Source: Nitrospirota bacterium (lineage in GTDB: Bacteria > Nitrospirota > Thermodesulfovibrionia > Thermodesulfovibrionales > SM23-35). From it: a stretch of DNA of 64,000 nucleotides. Each line of letters opens with the position of its first letter. The stretch's first letter is position 1. Made by a program: the position numbers and the translations under genes. Under the pieces are notes generated by a model that was not told the origin of the DNA, searched no databases, and worked only from the letters and a program-made list of their open reading frames with translations. The stretch spans positions 65,974-129,973 of the forward strand of contig JACAFE010000030.1 of assembly GCA_013388435.1 (NCBI GenBank). The letters run 5' to 3'. Of the stretch, positions 11,305 to 22,229 are shown piece after piece.

Positions 11305-13374
11305 ATGAATCTTGATAAAGCATTTCAGATTGCTTACAATTTTTACAAAAATGGTGAAATACAAAAAGCAGAATATGGGTTTCGTAAATTACTTGAAAAG
11401 AAACCAAATCATGCTGAATCACTCCGTTTTCTTGGAATCATATTATTGCAAACAAAAAAATATGAATCTGCAATTGATGTTATTCAAAAAGATATTAAGC
11501 TTAATCCTAAGAATGCTGACAGTTATAATAATCTTGGTTTATCTTTTTTTGGCTTAAAACAATATGATAAGGCTATTGAACTTTTCAATAAAGCAATAAA
11601 ATTAGACCCTTCTCATTTTCATGCTTATTATAATCTTGGAAATTCATTCAAAAGTTTAAACAAATTCGACGATGCAATTGAATGCTATAAAAAATCATTA
11701 AGTATTAATCCTCAGTTCATTGAAGCACATAATAATCTTGGAGATGTATATCAGGAAAAAGAACTTTTTGACGAAGCCATACAGAGTTACAAAAATGCCT
11801 TGAATATTAATTCAAATTTTGGAAATATTTATAATAATCTCGGTCTTGCTCTCTTTAAAAAAGGTCTTTATGATGAAGCACTCGGTTATTTTAAAAAAGC
11901 TCTGGAGTTAAATCCACAACTTGCTGATGCCTATAATAATATAGGAAACTATTTTTTTAATAAAAATGAGATTGACCAGGCAATCAACTATTATTTGAAA
12001 GCATTAAAATTAGAACAGAATTTTGCCACATATAACAATCTTGGTAATGCATTTAAAGAAAAAGGGTTGCTTGAAGAAGCAATAAAATTTTATGAAAAAG
12101 CTTTGAATTTTAATCAAAATGCAGTAAATACAGCAATTGACTTAGGAAATTTAATTCGCAAGAAGGGTAAACTTGACGAAGCGATTTGTTTTTTTCAGAA
12201 TCTAATTGATAAAAATCCTCAAAATCCTGTTGTTTATATTAATATGGCGGTTATATTTCAGGAAAAAGGCTTGCTTGATGAAGCTTTTAAATACTATAAC
12301 AAAGCTCTTGAAATTAATCCAAATGTTGCCGAAGGTTATAATAATCTTGCTTTAGCTTTTATTGAGAAAGGACTTTATGAGGAAGCATTGTCAAATTTAG
12401 AAAAATCACTTCAATTAAAACCATCTTTAGCCAGTGCACATTTTAATTTGGCAATGCTATTACTACTTAAAAATAATTTTTCGAAAGGCTGGGAAGAATA
12501 TGAATGGAGATGGAAGACATCTGATTTCAAATCTATAAAATTTAATTATTCCCAACCACTATGGGATGGCTCTGATAAAAATGGAAGAATAATACTTTTG
12601 CACGCAGAACAGGGATTAGGTGACACAATTCATTTTATGCGATATATAAAACTTGTAATAGAAAAAAACATGGAAGTAATATTTAGATGTCCAAAAGAAT
12701 TAATTTCTCTTGCAAAATATTCCTTCCCTGAAGTAAAAATAATTCCATTTGAAGAATCATTACCTGATTTTGAAGTTCATTGTCCTTTGATGAGTTTACC
12801 TTTAATATTGAAAACAACAATTGATAGCATACCAGCTCAAATACCTTATATTTCAGTTGATAGCTCATTAATTAATTTTTGGACAGAAAAAATTAAAGAT
12901 AATTCTAATCTTAAAATAGGTATTGCTTGGTCGGGTAATCCAAAATATAAGAGAGATAAACAACGTTCTTGCTCACTGAAAAATTTTTTAGAAATATTAA
13001 AAATTAAACCTATTAGTTTCTATAGCCTTCAAAAAGGCTCAGGCTCAGAACAAGTAAAAGAACTTCCTGAAGAAATAAATCTCATTGATTTCACAGAGGA
13101 AATAAAAGATTTTTCAGATACAGCAGCAATAATTCAGAATCTTGACCTTATAATTTCTGTCGATACTGCCGTAGCTCATCTTGCAGGTGCAATGGGAAAA
13201 CCTGTATGGACTATGTTGCCATTTGTGCCTGACTGGAGATGGATGCTTGACAGGGAAGATAGTCCATGGTATCCAACTATGCGTTTGTTCAGACAGCAGT
13301 CTATTGATAATTGGAATTCGGTTATCATAAGAATTAAAAAAGAGCTTGAAGCAATTTTATTCAAATCTTTTTGA
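11305..13374 (+). CDS. TPR-repeat protein fused to a GT9 (heptosyltransferase-fold)-like glycosyltransferase domain, paralog 1
   Basis: 689 aa. About 370 aa of 34-residue TPR units, then WEEYEWRW, AEQGLGDTIHFMRY and DTAAII.NLDLIISVDTAVAHLAGAMGKPVW...PDWRWML.REDSPWYPTMRLFRQ, motifs I recognise from TPR-GT9 fusions. Confidence 0.75.
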   Translation: MNLDKAFQIAYNFYKNGEIQKAEYGFRKLLEKKPNHAESLRFLGIILLQTKKYESAIDVIQKDIKLNPKNADSYNNLGLSFFGLKQYDKAIELFNKAIKLDPSHFHAYYNLGNSFKSLNKFDDAIECYKKSLSINPQFIEAHNNLGDVYQEKELFDEAIQSYKNALNINSNFGNIYNNLGLALFKKGLYDEALGYFKKALELNPQLADAYNNIGNYFFNKNEIDQAINYYLKALKLEQNFATYNNLGNAFKEKGLLEEAIKFYEKALNFNQNAVNTAIDLGNLIRKKGKLDEAICFFQNLIDKNPQNPVVYINMAVIFQEKGLLDEAFKYYNKALEINPNVAEGYNNLALAFIEKGLYEEALSNLEKSLQLKPSLASAHFNLAMLLLLKNNFSKGWEEYEWRWKTSDFKSIKFNYSQPLWDGSDKNGRIILLHAEQGLGDTIHFMRYIKLVIEKNMEVIFRCPKELISLAKYSFPEVKIIPFEESLPDFEVHCPLMSLPLILKTTIDSIPAQIPYISVDSSLINFWTEKIKDNSNLKIGIAWSGNPKYKRDKQRSCSLKNFLEILKIKPISFYSLQKGSGSEQVKELPEEINLIDFTEEIKDFSDTAAIIQNLDLIISVDTAVAHLAGAMGKPVWTMLPFVPDWRWMLDREDSPWYPTMRLFRQQSIDNWNSVIIRIKKELEAILFKSF

Positions 13375-13494
13375 CTTTTATTTTGGAAACTTGTTGTTAT
13401 ATAATAAAAAAAAATAAATAAATCTATTTTCCACCTTAATACAGAAAATGCTTAACTTTTAATAAATATTTTTCCTTTAGAAAGGAGACTTCTA

Positions 13495-15060
13495 ATGCTT
13501 ACAGTTTCTGTTGCGGTCTTTAATCCTAACCTTGAAATATTTGATAACTTTCTTCGTTCTCTAAAATCTTACACACCTGAAATGACCCAGCTTTTAATTT
13601 TTGACAATGGTTCTAATTCAAAAGATTTTGTAGATATCGTTAAAAAATATTTTAATGACTCAGATAATAAAATCAAACTAAAAATAACTCACAGCACTAA
13701 AAATATCGGATTTGGCAAAGCTCATAATCAAAATCTTTCTTTTGCAAATAATAGATTCTTCGCAGTGCTGAATGATGATATAGAATTTTTTGAAAACTGG
13801 TCAACTCCCATGATTAAAATTCTTGAAGAAAATCCAAAAATAGCCCAGGTTTGTCCAAAAAAAAATGTCTTTAATACATTACACGGGGATAAAATCGGTC
13901 AGTGGGAGGACACTGATGAACCGGAGTACTGCGAAGCCGCATGCTTTATTATGCCGACATCGATTGCAAAAAAATATGGACTCTTTGATGAAATTTATCA
14001 GTATGCTTATTTTGAAGATATGGACTTATCATTACGCCTTAGAAAAGATGGCTACATTCTTAGAAATACTGATATTAACTGGCAACATCACCGCGGAACA
14101 ACAACTATAAAAATGATTGCTGAAAACTTTGACCTTCCGGGTTATTACATTTTAAACGAATACAATTTCAAAAAACGCTGGAATGCTTATGTAATGAAAG
14201 CAAGATTTGGCAAGACAATTGTAATAAAAAGAGCAGGTGATCTTGAGGATGTTTTTCTTATAACTCCGGTAATTGAAGCTCTTAAAGAAAAATATTCTGA
14301 TAGCGTGATTTTGCTGATGACTAAAACACCTGAATCAGTCAAAGGCTGTCATGATATAGACGGTTATGTTGGCTATAACAATCCTATACCTTGTGATATT
14401 CTTTTTGATCTTGATTTTTCATATGAAAAAGATTTTCGCAAACACATTGTAGATGTCTTCTCTGAAATTGCAAACGTGAGAACAAAGAAAAAATCGGGAA
14501 CTCTTTATATAGAAAAAAACGATGTAGAATATGTTGATAATCTCTTGAAAGACATCCCTTTCCCTGTTACACTTGACTTTAGTGATTATCCTGATGGAAA
14601 AAGATGGAAAAGACAAAATTATGTTGAATTAGGGAAAAAGATAAAACAAGCAGGATTCAGTATTGTAACTGTTGGAAAATCTTCAGAACAAAGTTCAGAT
14701 TATCTTGATGCAGATTTAAGCTTAATAAATGTTTTATCTTATCAGCAGACTGCACTTACAATAGCAAAAAGTAAAATTTTCATTGGCACCGATGGTCTTC
14801 TTGCACATTTTGCTCAGTCAACTCGTACTCCAAGCATTATTCTTTATGGTTGCACACTCCCTGAATTTGTATCAGACACTTCTTTGCCTTCCCTTTTTCC
14901 AATAATATCACCAGTTGCATGCAAAGGTTGCAGACATAGATATGCGGCAGGAACAATTATCGCATGTCCGAGAAATTTTGCCTGTATGGAAGTAATTAAA
15001 CCAGATGATGTATTTGAAGCTTTCAAAGAGATAACAACAAGGCTGAATATCGCTCCATAA
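13495..15060 (+). CDS. Bifunctional GT2 (N-terminal) / GT9-like (C-terminal) glycosyltransferase
   Basis: 521 aa. The N-terminus is GT-A like (VSVAVFNP...FDNGSN...NDD). The C-terminal half starts TIVIKRAGDLEDVFLITPVIEALKEKY, typical of heptosyltransferase-fold N-domains. Confidence 0.7.
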   Translation: MLTVSVAVFNPNLEIFDNFLRSLKSYTPEMTQLLIFDNGSNSKDFVDIVKKYFNDSDNKIKLKITHSTKNIGFGKAHNQNLSFANNRFFAVLNDDIEFFENWSTPMIKILEENPKIAQVCPKKNVFNTLHGDKIGQWEDTDEPEYCEAACFIMPTSIAKKYGLFDEIYQYAYFEDMDLSLRLRKDGYILRNTDINWQHHRGTTTIKMIAENFDLPGYYILNEYNFKKRWNAYVMKARFGKTIVIKRAGDLEDVFLITPVIEALKEKYSDSVILLMTKTPESVKGCHDIDGYVGYNNPIPCDILFDLDFSYEKDFRKHIVDVFSEIANVRTKKKSGTLYIEKNDVEYVDNLLKDIPFPVTLDFSDYPDGKRWKRQNYVELGKKIKQAGFSIVTVGKSSEQSSDYLDADLSLINVLSYQQTALTIAKSKIFIGTDGLLAHFAQSTRTPSIILYGCTLPEFVSDTSLPSLFPIISPVACKGCRHRYAAGTIIACPRNFACMEVIKPDDVFEAFKEITTRLNIAP

Positions 15061-16589
15061 TGGAAACCGATTCACTTACTATAGTTTTTTCTACAAGAGA
15101 TGAAAATCTATCTTTTATAAAACACCTTAAAGATACATCAGGAATTAATTCTATTGAAATATTGCAATTTGTTAATAAAGGCGAATATTCTCTTACCGAA
15201 ATTTATAACAAAGGACTGAAAGAAGCTAAAAATGACATAGTTGTATTTTCTCATGATGATATTATTCTTGATGATAAAGATATATGGGGCAAAAAAATTT
15301 TACAACATTTTAATAATAGTGATTTCGGAATTATTGGGAAAGCAGGCACAACAAGTCTTACAAAGTCCGGGCGCTGGTGGGACGAGCCGCATTTTATGGT
15401 CGGGGAGGTATGGCATCAACAAACAGACCATGATACAGGAAAAATAAAGAGATGGGAGAATAAATATAGCGGTAATTTTGGCAACAGAATCATAGAAACA
15501 ATAATTATAGACGGCCTGTTTTTTGCGGTTCATAAAAGAAGATTAAAAAAACATTTCGACGAAGACTTTAAAGGTTTCCATTTTTATGATATAGATTTTA
15601 GCTTCGCAAATCATCTCGCCGGAGTCAAAATAGGTGTTGTTTTCAATTTTGGAATTACCCATAAATCAATTGGCATAACAAATCAACAATGGGAAATAAA
15701 TAGAGCAAAATTTGTTTCTAAATGGAATAATTTTCTGCCTTACAGTATAACTCCGGAAATTATCTACGATAACTTTAGGATAGAACTATCCAACCAGCCA
15801 AAGATCGCTATTATAATCAGGGAACATAATTCCCGGTCTTTACTTAGATGTATCAAAAGTATTTCAAAAAAAACATCATATAAAAATTATAAAATATATA
15901 TAGTTGGTAATAATTATAATCATGAAATATCCGAAGCCGATGAAGATATTTTAAAAGAAAACATCAATATCATATTTATTGATTATCGAGATAAAAATAT
16001 AGCTAAAACTCTCAATTATATAGTGCGTAACCATATCGACAAAGATACTGAATTGATTTTATTCTGTGAAGATAAAATTGAATTATTAAATGACTCTTTG
16101 AGCAGATTCGTAGAAATATATAATGACAGAAAACACTTAATAGGAACCATGGGAATCAGACTCCATACAACAGATAATAAAATTTACCATGCTGGTATTT
16201 CATTATATGTCGATAACCAGAATAGATTAAGAATATATTTTTCAGGAAATGGTAGTTATTATTCATATAATCCCGGCATACAATATTACGCAACTGCAAT
16301 AACAGGTTCATTTATGTTAGTAAGTAAAGAAGTATTTTTTCTGCTCGGAGGATTTGCTGAATACTATCAGGAAGCGTTTTATGATATTGAATTTAACTTG
16401 AGAGCAATTGCATACGGAAAAATAAATTGTTTCATAGGAGATGCTGTAGCATATTATTATCCTTATTCGGATAAAGAAAATAATAGTTGCAATAATGAAA
16501 ATCTGAATAACGATTTTCAAAAATTGATCAATTTTATAAATCAAAATTTAAATAATCGAAACATGTTGCAGCATATACATTTTTTCTAA
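15060..16589 (+). CDS. Double GT-A (GT2-like) glycosyltransferase
   Basis: 509 aa. Two GT-A-like halves (LTIVFSTRD...FSHDDI and KIAIIIREHNS...). The start overlaps the previous stop (TAATG). Confidence 0.6.
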   Translation: METDSLTIVFSTRDENLSFIKHLKDTSGINSIEILQFVNKGEYSLTEIYNKGLKEAKNDIVVFSHDDIILDDKDIWGKKILQHFNNSDFGIIGKAGTTSLTKSGRWWDEPHFMVGEVWHQQTDHDTGKIKRWENKYSGNFGNRIIETIIIDGLFFAVHKRRLKKHFDEDFKGFHFYDIDFSFANHLAGVKIGVVFNFGITHKSIGITNQQWEINRAKFVSKWNNFLPYSITPEIIYDNFRIELSNQPKIAIIIREHNSRSLLRCIKSISKKTSYKNYKIYIVGNNYNHEISEADEDILKENINIIFIDYRDKNIAKTLNYIVRNHIDKDTELILFCEDKIELLNDSLSRFVEIYNDRKHLIGTMGIRLHTTDNKIYHAGISLYVDNQNRLRIYFSGNGSYYSYNPGIQYYATAITGSFMLVSKEVFFLLGGFAEYYQEAFYDIEFNLRAIAYGKINCFIGDAVAYYYPYSDKENNSCNNENLNNDFQKLINFINQNLNNRNMLQHIHFF

Positions 16590-16659
16590 CTTCTTATAAT
16601 TGTCTTTTGAATTATTATTACAAAACCCGTTTTAAATAAGTTTTATTCAGAAAATAAAA

Positions 16660-18423
16660 ATGGATATAAACGAAGCTATTGCATTGGCACTAAAAGAACA
16701 AAAATCAGGAAACCTGATAATGGCGGAAAGCATATACAGAAAAATCCTTGAAATTCAACCTGACAATGTTAATGCTTTGCATTTTTTAGGTTTGATTTAT
16801 TTTGTAAACAAAGATTTTGACTCAGCTATAGAATATATCAGTAAATCCTTAAATATAGAGCCGGCTTATCCCGAGGCTTTGTTGAACATGGGCTTAGTTT
16901 TAATGGCTAAAGGACATTTTGATGAAGCTCTTTACTATTTAAGAAAATCATTTCAGTTTAACCCAGAATGTGCTGAAACTTTAAAGAACATAGGGGCAAT
17001 TCTTCAGGTGCAAGGTAATTACGACGAAGCAATAATAAATTATAAAAAGGCATTGGAAATAAATCCTGAATTATCGGATATATATAAAAATGTTGCCTAT
17101 CTTTTCCGAGATAAAGGAATGCTCAATGAAGCAATAATCTTTTTTAAAAAAGCTCTCGAATATTATCCCGGAATTGCCGATATTCATAATAATCTTGGGT
17201 TGGCACTGAATGATATTGGAGAAATCGATGAAGCGATAGGATATTTAAGAAATGCCATAAAAATTAACCCGGGAAATCCAGAATTTTATAATAACCTCGG
17301 AGTCATACTCCGGGGGAAAGGGCTATTTGATGAAGCCATAGGATGTTTCACACAAGCTCTCATGCTTAACAACAGATTTCTGGAAGCTTACAATAATATC
17401 GCTGTATCGCTAAGAGAAAAAGGTCATATCGAAGAGGCAATATATTTTTTAAGAAAAGCTTTGGATATTAATCCTGATTTTGCATCTGCGCATTGGAATC
17501 TTGCACTTATTTTTCTTTTAACAGGAAACTATTCTGAAGGCTGGAAAGAATATAAATGGTTCTGGAAACTTAAAGACACAAATAATTTTAATTTTTCAAA
17601 ACCTCTATGGGATGGTTTCAATATTGACGGTAAAACTTTACTCGTATATGCCGAACAGGGTTATGGAGATACAATACAATTTATAAGATATATACCTTTC
17701 ATTACAGAGGCCGGCGCAGAAGTCATTCTTCTTTGTCAGGAGGAACTAAAAGAATTATTTTCTAATTTAAGAAATCTAAAACAGGTTATAACATTCGGCG
17801 AAAACTTACCTCATTTTGACTTTTATTGTTCTATTTTAATGCTGCCTGCAATATTTCAGACAACTATTGAAAATATACCTGCAAATGTACCATATATTTT
17901 TACCGAACAATCCCTTATTAATGAATGGCGTAAAAGACTTAACAATAATAATTCAACATTTAAGATTGGTTTAGTATGGTCGAGTGGACACAGGAATTCT
18001 ACACTTCAATTCAGGTCCAGCAGTCTCGAATCTTTCTCGATGCTTTCATCAATAAAGGGCGTCGAATTCTATAGCCTCCAGAAAGGCATTTCAAACGAAG
18101 AGGTAATAAATTTTTACCAAAAAATGAAAATTCATGATTTTACAAATAATATATTCAATTTTAATGATACGGCTGCTTTGATAATGAATCTCGATTTAAT
18201 TATTTCTGTTGACACTTCTGTTGCACATCTTGCAGGAGCACTTGGCAAACCTGTCTGGGTGCTGTTACCCTCGGTACCTGACTGGCGCTGGATGCTTAAC
18301 AGGGAAGATAGCCCATGGTATCCTTCAATGAGACTTTTCAGGCAAACAAAACACGGAGATTGGGATACCGTTATAAAAAATGTACGCGATGCAATTTTAG
18401 ATTTTATACAGATTAAATCTTAA
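16660..18423 (+). CDS. TPR-repeat protein fused to a GT9-like domain, paralog 2
   Basis: 587 aa with the same architecture and C-terminal motifs as 11305-13374 (WKEYKWFW, AEQGYGDTIQFIRY, SVDTSVAHLAGALGKPVW...PDWRWMLNREDSPWYPSMRLFRQ). Confidence 0.75.
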   Translation: MDINEAIALALKEQKSGNLIMAESIYRKILEIQPDNVNALHFLGLIYFVNKDFDSAIEYISKSLNIEPAYPEALLNMGLVLMAKGHFDEALYYLRKSFQFNPECAETLKNIGAILQVQGNYDEAIINYKKALEINPELSDIYKNVAYLFRDKGMLNEAIIFFKKALEYYPGIADIHNNLGLALNDIGEIDEAIGYLRNAIKINPGNPEFYNNLGVILRGKGLFDEAIGCFTQALMLNNRFLEAYNNIAVSLREKGHIEEAIYFLRKALDINPDFASAHWNLALIFLLTGNYSEGWKEYKWFWKLKDTNNFNFSKPLWDGFNIDGKTLLVYAEQGYGDTIQFIRYIPFITEAGAEVILLCQEELKELFSNLRNLKQVITFGENLPHFDFYCSILMLPAIFQTTIENIPANVPYIFTEQSLINEWRKRLNNNNSTFKIGLVWSSGHRNSTLQFRSSSLESFSMLSSIKGVEFYSLQKGISNEEVINFYQKMKIHDFTNNIFNFNDTAALIMNLDLIISVDTSVAHLAGALGKPVWVLLPSVPDWRWMLNREDSPWYPSMRLFRQTKHGDWDTVIKNVRDAILDFIQIKS

Positions 18424-18455
18424 CCTAAATAATAAAGAAATTGCTCAAATAACGT

Positions 18456-20537
18456 ATGGATATTAACTTAAAAATAAGGCTTGCATACGATCATCTTCAG
18501 GCTGGAAATATTGAACAATCAATAAAAATATGCGAAAGTATTATTGCAAACGAACCTTTAAATCCATACATCCTCGAGTTTCTTGGGATAATTTACCATA
18601 AAAAAGGTGATTTGCAGTCTGCAATCAAATATATTAAAAAAGCTGCCGAAATCAAGCCTGATAGCATTGAAACTTTGATTAATTTAGGAACTTTACTCGA
18701 GCAACATGGAAAATATCATGAAGCCCTGGAATGTTACAATAAAGTCTTACAAATAAACCCTGAATCGATTATTGCAAAAAATAAATCGGGGTTGATTTTT
18801 CTCAAAACCGGTCAATTCTCCGAAGCTGTTTCTGTTTTTGAAAAACTCTCAGAAATTCATCCAACATACGAAAATTTCTTTAATCTCGGAATATCTTATT
18901 ATAAAAATAATGACATTGATAATTCTCTTGCGAGTTTCAGAAAAGTTATCAAATTAAAACCAGATTTTTTAGATGCATATATTAATATCGAATCTATTCT
19001 GAGAGAAAAAGGATTGCCCGGTGAAGCAGAATACTATCATAATCTGGCTACTAAAATAAAAGATTCACTTAATACACTTAATACATTATACAATTCAAAA
19101 TGCGATGTTTATAGAGATTTAAGTGATAAATGGATAAAATGCATGTCTTCATTTCCGATAATTTATTCAGATGAAGACGAAATATTAAAAGTTAGGGAAA
19201 ATTACATAAATTTACTACAGGATTTATCCAATACAATTCTCAACTCCAGTACAGATGAGATAAAGATACTTTATGATTATATAGGGAAATACAAACCTTT
19301 TTATCTTCCATATCAGGGATTGAATGATAAGGAATTACAGAAAATATACGGAAATGCCGTACATAAAATTGTTTTATCAAGATATCCATTTCTGGAAAAT
19401 AACAGTTTCTATGGTTTTAATATTAAAAAAGATAAAATTCGTATAGGAATTGTGAGCGGCTTTTTTTATTATCATTCTGTCTGGAAAATACCTATTAAAG
19501 GCTGGATAGAAAATCTTGATAAAACCAAATTCACTTTATATGGATATCATACTAATTTAAAAAAAGATAATGAAACTAATTATGCAAGAAAATGTTTTAA
19601 TCAATTTGTAGAAGATATACTTGATTTTGAATTATTGTTTAAAAAAATTATTGATGACTGTATTGATATACTAATTTATCCTGAAATTGGAATGGATTCG
19701 TTATCATTAAAACTTGCTGCTGTTAGACTTGCTCCTGTGCAATGTGCATCATGGGGACATCCTGAAACATCTGGACTTCCAACCATAGATTATTATCTAT
19801 CAGGTGAATTGATAGAACCTCCTGATGCTGATAATCATTATTCTGAAACACTTATCCGCTTGCCAAATCTTTCTGTATTCTATAATCCTCCAGAATTTCA
19901 AAAAATTAATATGACTCGTGAATCATTTGGATTACGAAAAAATTCCATTATTTATCACTGCTGCCAGGCTCTTTATAAATTTCTTCCACAATATGATAAT
20001 ATTTTCCCTCAGATAGCCCGAGAAGTAAGAGATTGTCAATTTGTTTTTTCCTCTTTTCCTTTTATTCCAGATGCATTAGAAAAATTCCGTTTACGTATTT
20101 ATAAAGCTTTTCAAAAATACAAACTTAATGCCGAGAAATTTGTGGTATTTTTACCTCAACTTAATCCATCTCAGTATCATGCTCTTAATCACCTTGCGGA
20201 TATATTTCTCGATTGCATTGGATGGTCAGGTTGCAATTCTGTTCTTGAAGCTTTATCGTGTAATCTTCCAGTTATTACAATGCCCGGGAATCTAATGCGA
20301 AGCCGTGAAGGAACAGCAATTTTAAAATTAATTGACTTAAAAACAACTATAGCAAATTCTATTGAAGAATATATTAATCTCGCTATTAAATTAGGGAATG
20401 ACTCTGACCTGAGGGGAAAAATATCAGATGAAATTGCTAATAAATTTAACATTATTTGTAATGATAAATCTTGTATAAAAGCTCTTGAAGAGTTTTTTAT
20501 TGAATCTGCCAAACATATTGGTAGAAAATCTTTATAA
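18456..20537 (+). CDS. TPR-repeat protein fused to a GT41 (OGT / SPINDLY-type) glycosyltransferase domain
   Basis: 693 aa. After the TPRs: RIGIVSGFFYYHSVWK..., PEIGMDSLSLKLAAVRLAPVQCASWGHPETSGLPTIDYYLSGELIEPPDADNHYSETLIRLPN. This is the pattern I know from SPINDLY/OGT-family C-terminal domains. Confidence 0.7.
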   Translation: MDINLKIRLAYDHLQAGNIEQSIKICESIIANEPLNPYILEFLGIIYHKKGDLQSAIKYIKKAAEIKPDSIETLINLGTLLEQHGKYHEALECYNKVLQINPESIIAKNKSGLIFLKTGQFSEAVSVFEKLSEIHPTYENFFNLGISYYKNNDIDNSLASFRKVIKLKPDFLDAYINIESILREKGLPGEAEYYHNLATKIKDSLNTLNTLYNSKCDVYRDLSDKWIKCMSSFPIIYSDEDEILKVRENYINLLQDLSNTILNSSTDEIKILYDYIGKYKPFYLPYQGLNDKELQKIYGNAVHKIVLSRYPFLENNSFYGFNIKKDKIRIGIVSGFFYYHSVWKIPIKGWIENLDKTKFTLYGYHTNLKKDNETNYARKCFNQFVEDILDFELLFKKIIDDCIDILIYPEIGMDSLSLKLAAVRLAPVQCASWGHPETSGLPTIDYYLSGELIEPPDADNHYSETLIRLPNLSVFYNPPEFQKINMTRESFGLRKNSIIYHCCQALYKFLPQYDNIFPQIAREVRDCQFVFSSFPFIPDALEKFRLRIYKAFQKYKLNAEKFVVFLPQLNPSQYHALNHLADIFLDCIGWSGCNSVLEALSCNLPVITMPGNLMRSREGTAILKLIDLKTTIANSIEEYINLAIKLGNDSDLRGKISDEIANKFNIICNDKSCIKALEEFFIESAKHIGRKSL

Positions 20538-20539
20538 TC

Positions 20540-22084
20540 ATGAACATCTTAGATATCATTAATCAAATATACAATTTTATAAATACTGGTGAATTAATAA
20601 AGGCTGAAAAAGCTTGTCTATCAATGTTAGAAGAATACCCGGATAATCCTGAAATTATGGGCATACTTGGTTTAGTTTATTTTCAGCTTGGGAATGATAA
20701 CCTTGCACAATATTTTTTATCAAAATCATTAATAATTAAACCTGATAATGCCTTCCTGCTACACAATTTGGGAATGACTTTTCTAAAAAAAGGCGATATT
20801 GATAATGCAATTATCTCTTTTCAAAAAGCTTTGCAACTTAACCAGAATCTTGCTTATAGCTGTCACGCTCTCGGCTTATCCTATGACATAAAAGGAGAGT
20901 ATAGTGAAGCTCTAAAGTGGTATGAAAAAGCAATTAAAATTGATTCAAATATAGCGGATGCCCACAATAATATTGGTATTATACTCCAAAAAATGGGTAA
21001 ATATCCTGAAGCAATTTCCAGCTTTAAAAAAGCCCTCGAAATAAACCCTAAATATGCTGAAGTTTACAGCAATATGGGCCTTGCATATAGAGAATATGGT
21101 TTAATTGATAATTCCATAGAATACTATCGAAAAAGTCTTGAGATTAATCCTGAATTAATAGATGTGCACGTTAATTTAGCTCTTTCACTTCTTTTAAATG
21201 GAGATTACCTTACGGGCTGGGAAGAATATGAATGGAGAAAAAAACAACTCCCCAAAATATTTTCTAAACCATTCTGGGAATCTTATGATGATGATGTTTC
21301 TGGCAAAAAAATTCTTATTTACACTGAACAGGGTTTTGGTGATGCTATACAATTTATACGTTATATACCTTTTGTATATGAGCTTGGTGCAAAAATTATT
21401 TTAATTTGTCCAAAGGAATTAAAATCTTTATTTCAAAATATTCAAGGTATATATAATATTTTAACATTTGGCGAAAAAATTCCTGATTTTGATTTGCACT
21501 GTCCCATCCTCTCCCTGCCTTATATTTTTAAAACTACTATTGAAAATATCCCATCCAATATTCCTTATTTATTCCCGGATAAAACAATAATTAATAAATG
21601 GGCAGAAAAGATTCATAGTGATAATAACAATAAACTGAAAATAGGTATAGCATGGTCTGGCAGAAATCATGTACATAATATAAATTTATTTGCACCTTTA
21701 TCTGATATAAATGAAGTAACATTTTTCAGTCTGCAGAAAGGTGAGGCAGCTTCACAGGCTTTAAACCCACCAAACGGCATGAAAATAATTGATTATTCTG
21801 ACCAGATAACCGATTTTTTAGATACTGCCGGAATAATAATGAATCTCGATCTTGTTATCTCAATTGATACTTCTGTTGCTCATTTAGCCGGTGCACTTGG
21901 TAAAAATGTCTGGACATTACTTACTTACGTTCCGGACTGGCGCTGGTTATTAAACAGAAAAGACAGTCCATGGTACCCGACAATGCGTCTTTTCCGTCAA
22001 AAATCTATTGGTAACTGGAATTCTGTTTTTTCCAAAGTTCTGAATGAATTAAATATAATTATCCGAAAAAATTCTTTTGAATAA
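20540..22084 (+). CDS. TPR-repeat protein fused to a GT9-like domain, paralog 3
   Basis: 514 aa. WEEYEWRKK, TEQGFGDAIQFIRY, SIDTSVAHLAGALGKNVW...PDWRWLLNRKDSPWYPTMRLFRQ. It starts 2 nt after the previous stop. Confidence 0.75.
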   Translation: MNILDIINQIYNFINTGELIKAEKACLSMLEEYPDNPEIMGILGLVYFQLGNDNLAQYFLSKSLIIKPDNAFLLHNLGMTFLKKGDIDNAIISFQKALQLNQNLAYSCHALGLSYDIKGEYSEALKWYEKAIKIDSNIADAHNNIGIILQKMGKYPEAISSFKKALEINPKYAEVYSNMGLAYREYGLIDNSIEYYRKSLEINPELIDVHVNLALSLLLNGDYLTGWEEYEWRKKQLPKIFSKPFWESYDDDVSGKKILIYTEQGFGDAIQFIRYIPFVYELGAKIILICPKELKSLFQNIQGIYNILTFGEKIPDFDLHCPILSLPYIFKTTIENIPSNIPYLFPDKTIINKWAEKIHSDNNNKLKIGIAWSGRNHVHNINLFAPLSDINEVTFFSLQKGEAASQALNPPNGMKIIDYSDQITDFLDTAGIIMNLDLVISIDTSVAHLAGALGKNVWTLLTYVPDWRWLLNRKDSPWYPTMRLFRQKSIGNWNSVFSKVLNELNIIIRKNSFE

Positions 22085-22229
22085 TAAAATTATGCAGATA
22101 TCATGAGAAAAATTATTTTTATCCATAATATTAATTATTCATTATCTTTAATCCGTATAAGAATTTCTATGGCCACGGAAAACATAAACAGGATAAGAAC
22201 TTTTTTTCAGAAATATCCACATTACTATC

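Noticed and set aside
11312-11557. 81-aa alternative-frame ORF at the start of the first TPR-GT gene, and similar small same-strand ORFs (13865-14110, 15241-15447, 21198-21404, 43348-43530, 49445-49678, 53768-54004)
   Set aside because: They are out-of-frame overlaps of long ORFs with clear domain content, as expected by chance in AT-rich DNA.
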